Below are positions 63,034 to 63,358 of a DNA stretch of 63,358 nucleotides, piece after piece (the first letter of the stretch is position 1; every line of letters starts with the position of its first letter). The notes under the pieces were generated by a model. The model worked only from the letters and a program-made list of their open reading frames with translations. It was not told the origin of the DNA and searched no databases. Source of the DNA: Acidobacteriota bacterium (GTDB taxonomy: Bacteria; Acidobacteriota; Thermoanaerobaculia; Multivoradales; J023); the NCBI GenBank assembly GCA_003697015.1, contig RFGL01000065.1, positions 1 to 63,358 on the forward strand, in the 5' to 3' direction. The translations under genes were made by a program, and so were the position numbers.

Positions 63034-63358
<325 letters not shown>

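Overview
63.4-kb high-GC bacterial chromosomal segment. Hand counts of single 60-nt lines give 68-75% GC in most genes. I resolve about 53 protein-coding genes. Most long ORFs in the six-frame track are antisense or alternate-frame shadows typical of high-GC DNA. I saw no rRNA, tRNA, CRISPR array, integrase or transposase. Content from left to right: (1) a tandemly duplicated two-gene module, each copy a secreted ~195-aa protein plus a secreted metzincin-like protease with NIDO-like and PPC-like modules; (2) a VWFA protein, SDR, DUF2911-like protein, DedA and MoeA; (3) DUF4388-like and FmdB zinc-ribbon genes; (4) pilT-pilC-pilS-pilR; (5) an ABC exporter, an FMN glutamate-synthase-like protein and a phytase-like esterase; (6) an ECF sigma/anti-sigma/PDZ operon; (7) two tandem AHSMG lipase lipoproteins; (8) a 5'-3' exonuclease plus two ArsA/Get3-like ATPases, then LysE; (9) a lower-GC five-gene operon at 32245-38285 (57-65% by hand counts); (10) a TetR-controlled RND efflux operon and an M24 peptidase; (11) a second, orphan HerA/YjgR-like ATPase; (12) a beta-helix repeat protein plus a sortilin/BNR protein; (13) a TonB-dependent receptor plus a VTT/DedA protein; (14) an overlapping-gene chain accB-accC-thiE-NSS transporter-MetS-like-aroK-metallophosphoesterase. 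The five-gene operon encodes an ABC-type ATPase, a Toprim-like DUF4276/RloB-like protein, a NurA-like protein, a HerA-like ATPase and a DNA methyltransferase. I consider it the most likely novel, defence-type system in the window. The taxonomic guess is weak: Acidobacteriota-like. All family assignments are by-eye motif recognition from the translations, not database searches.
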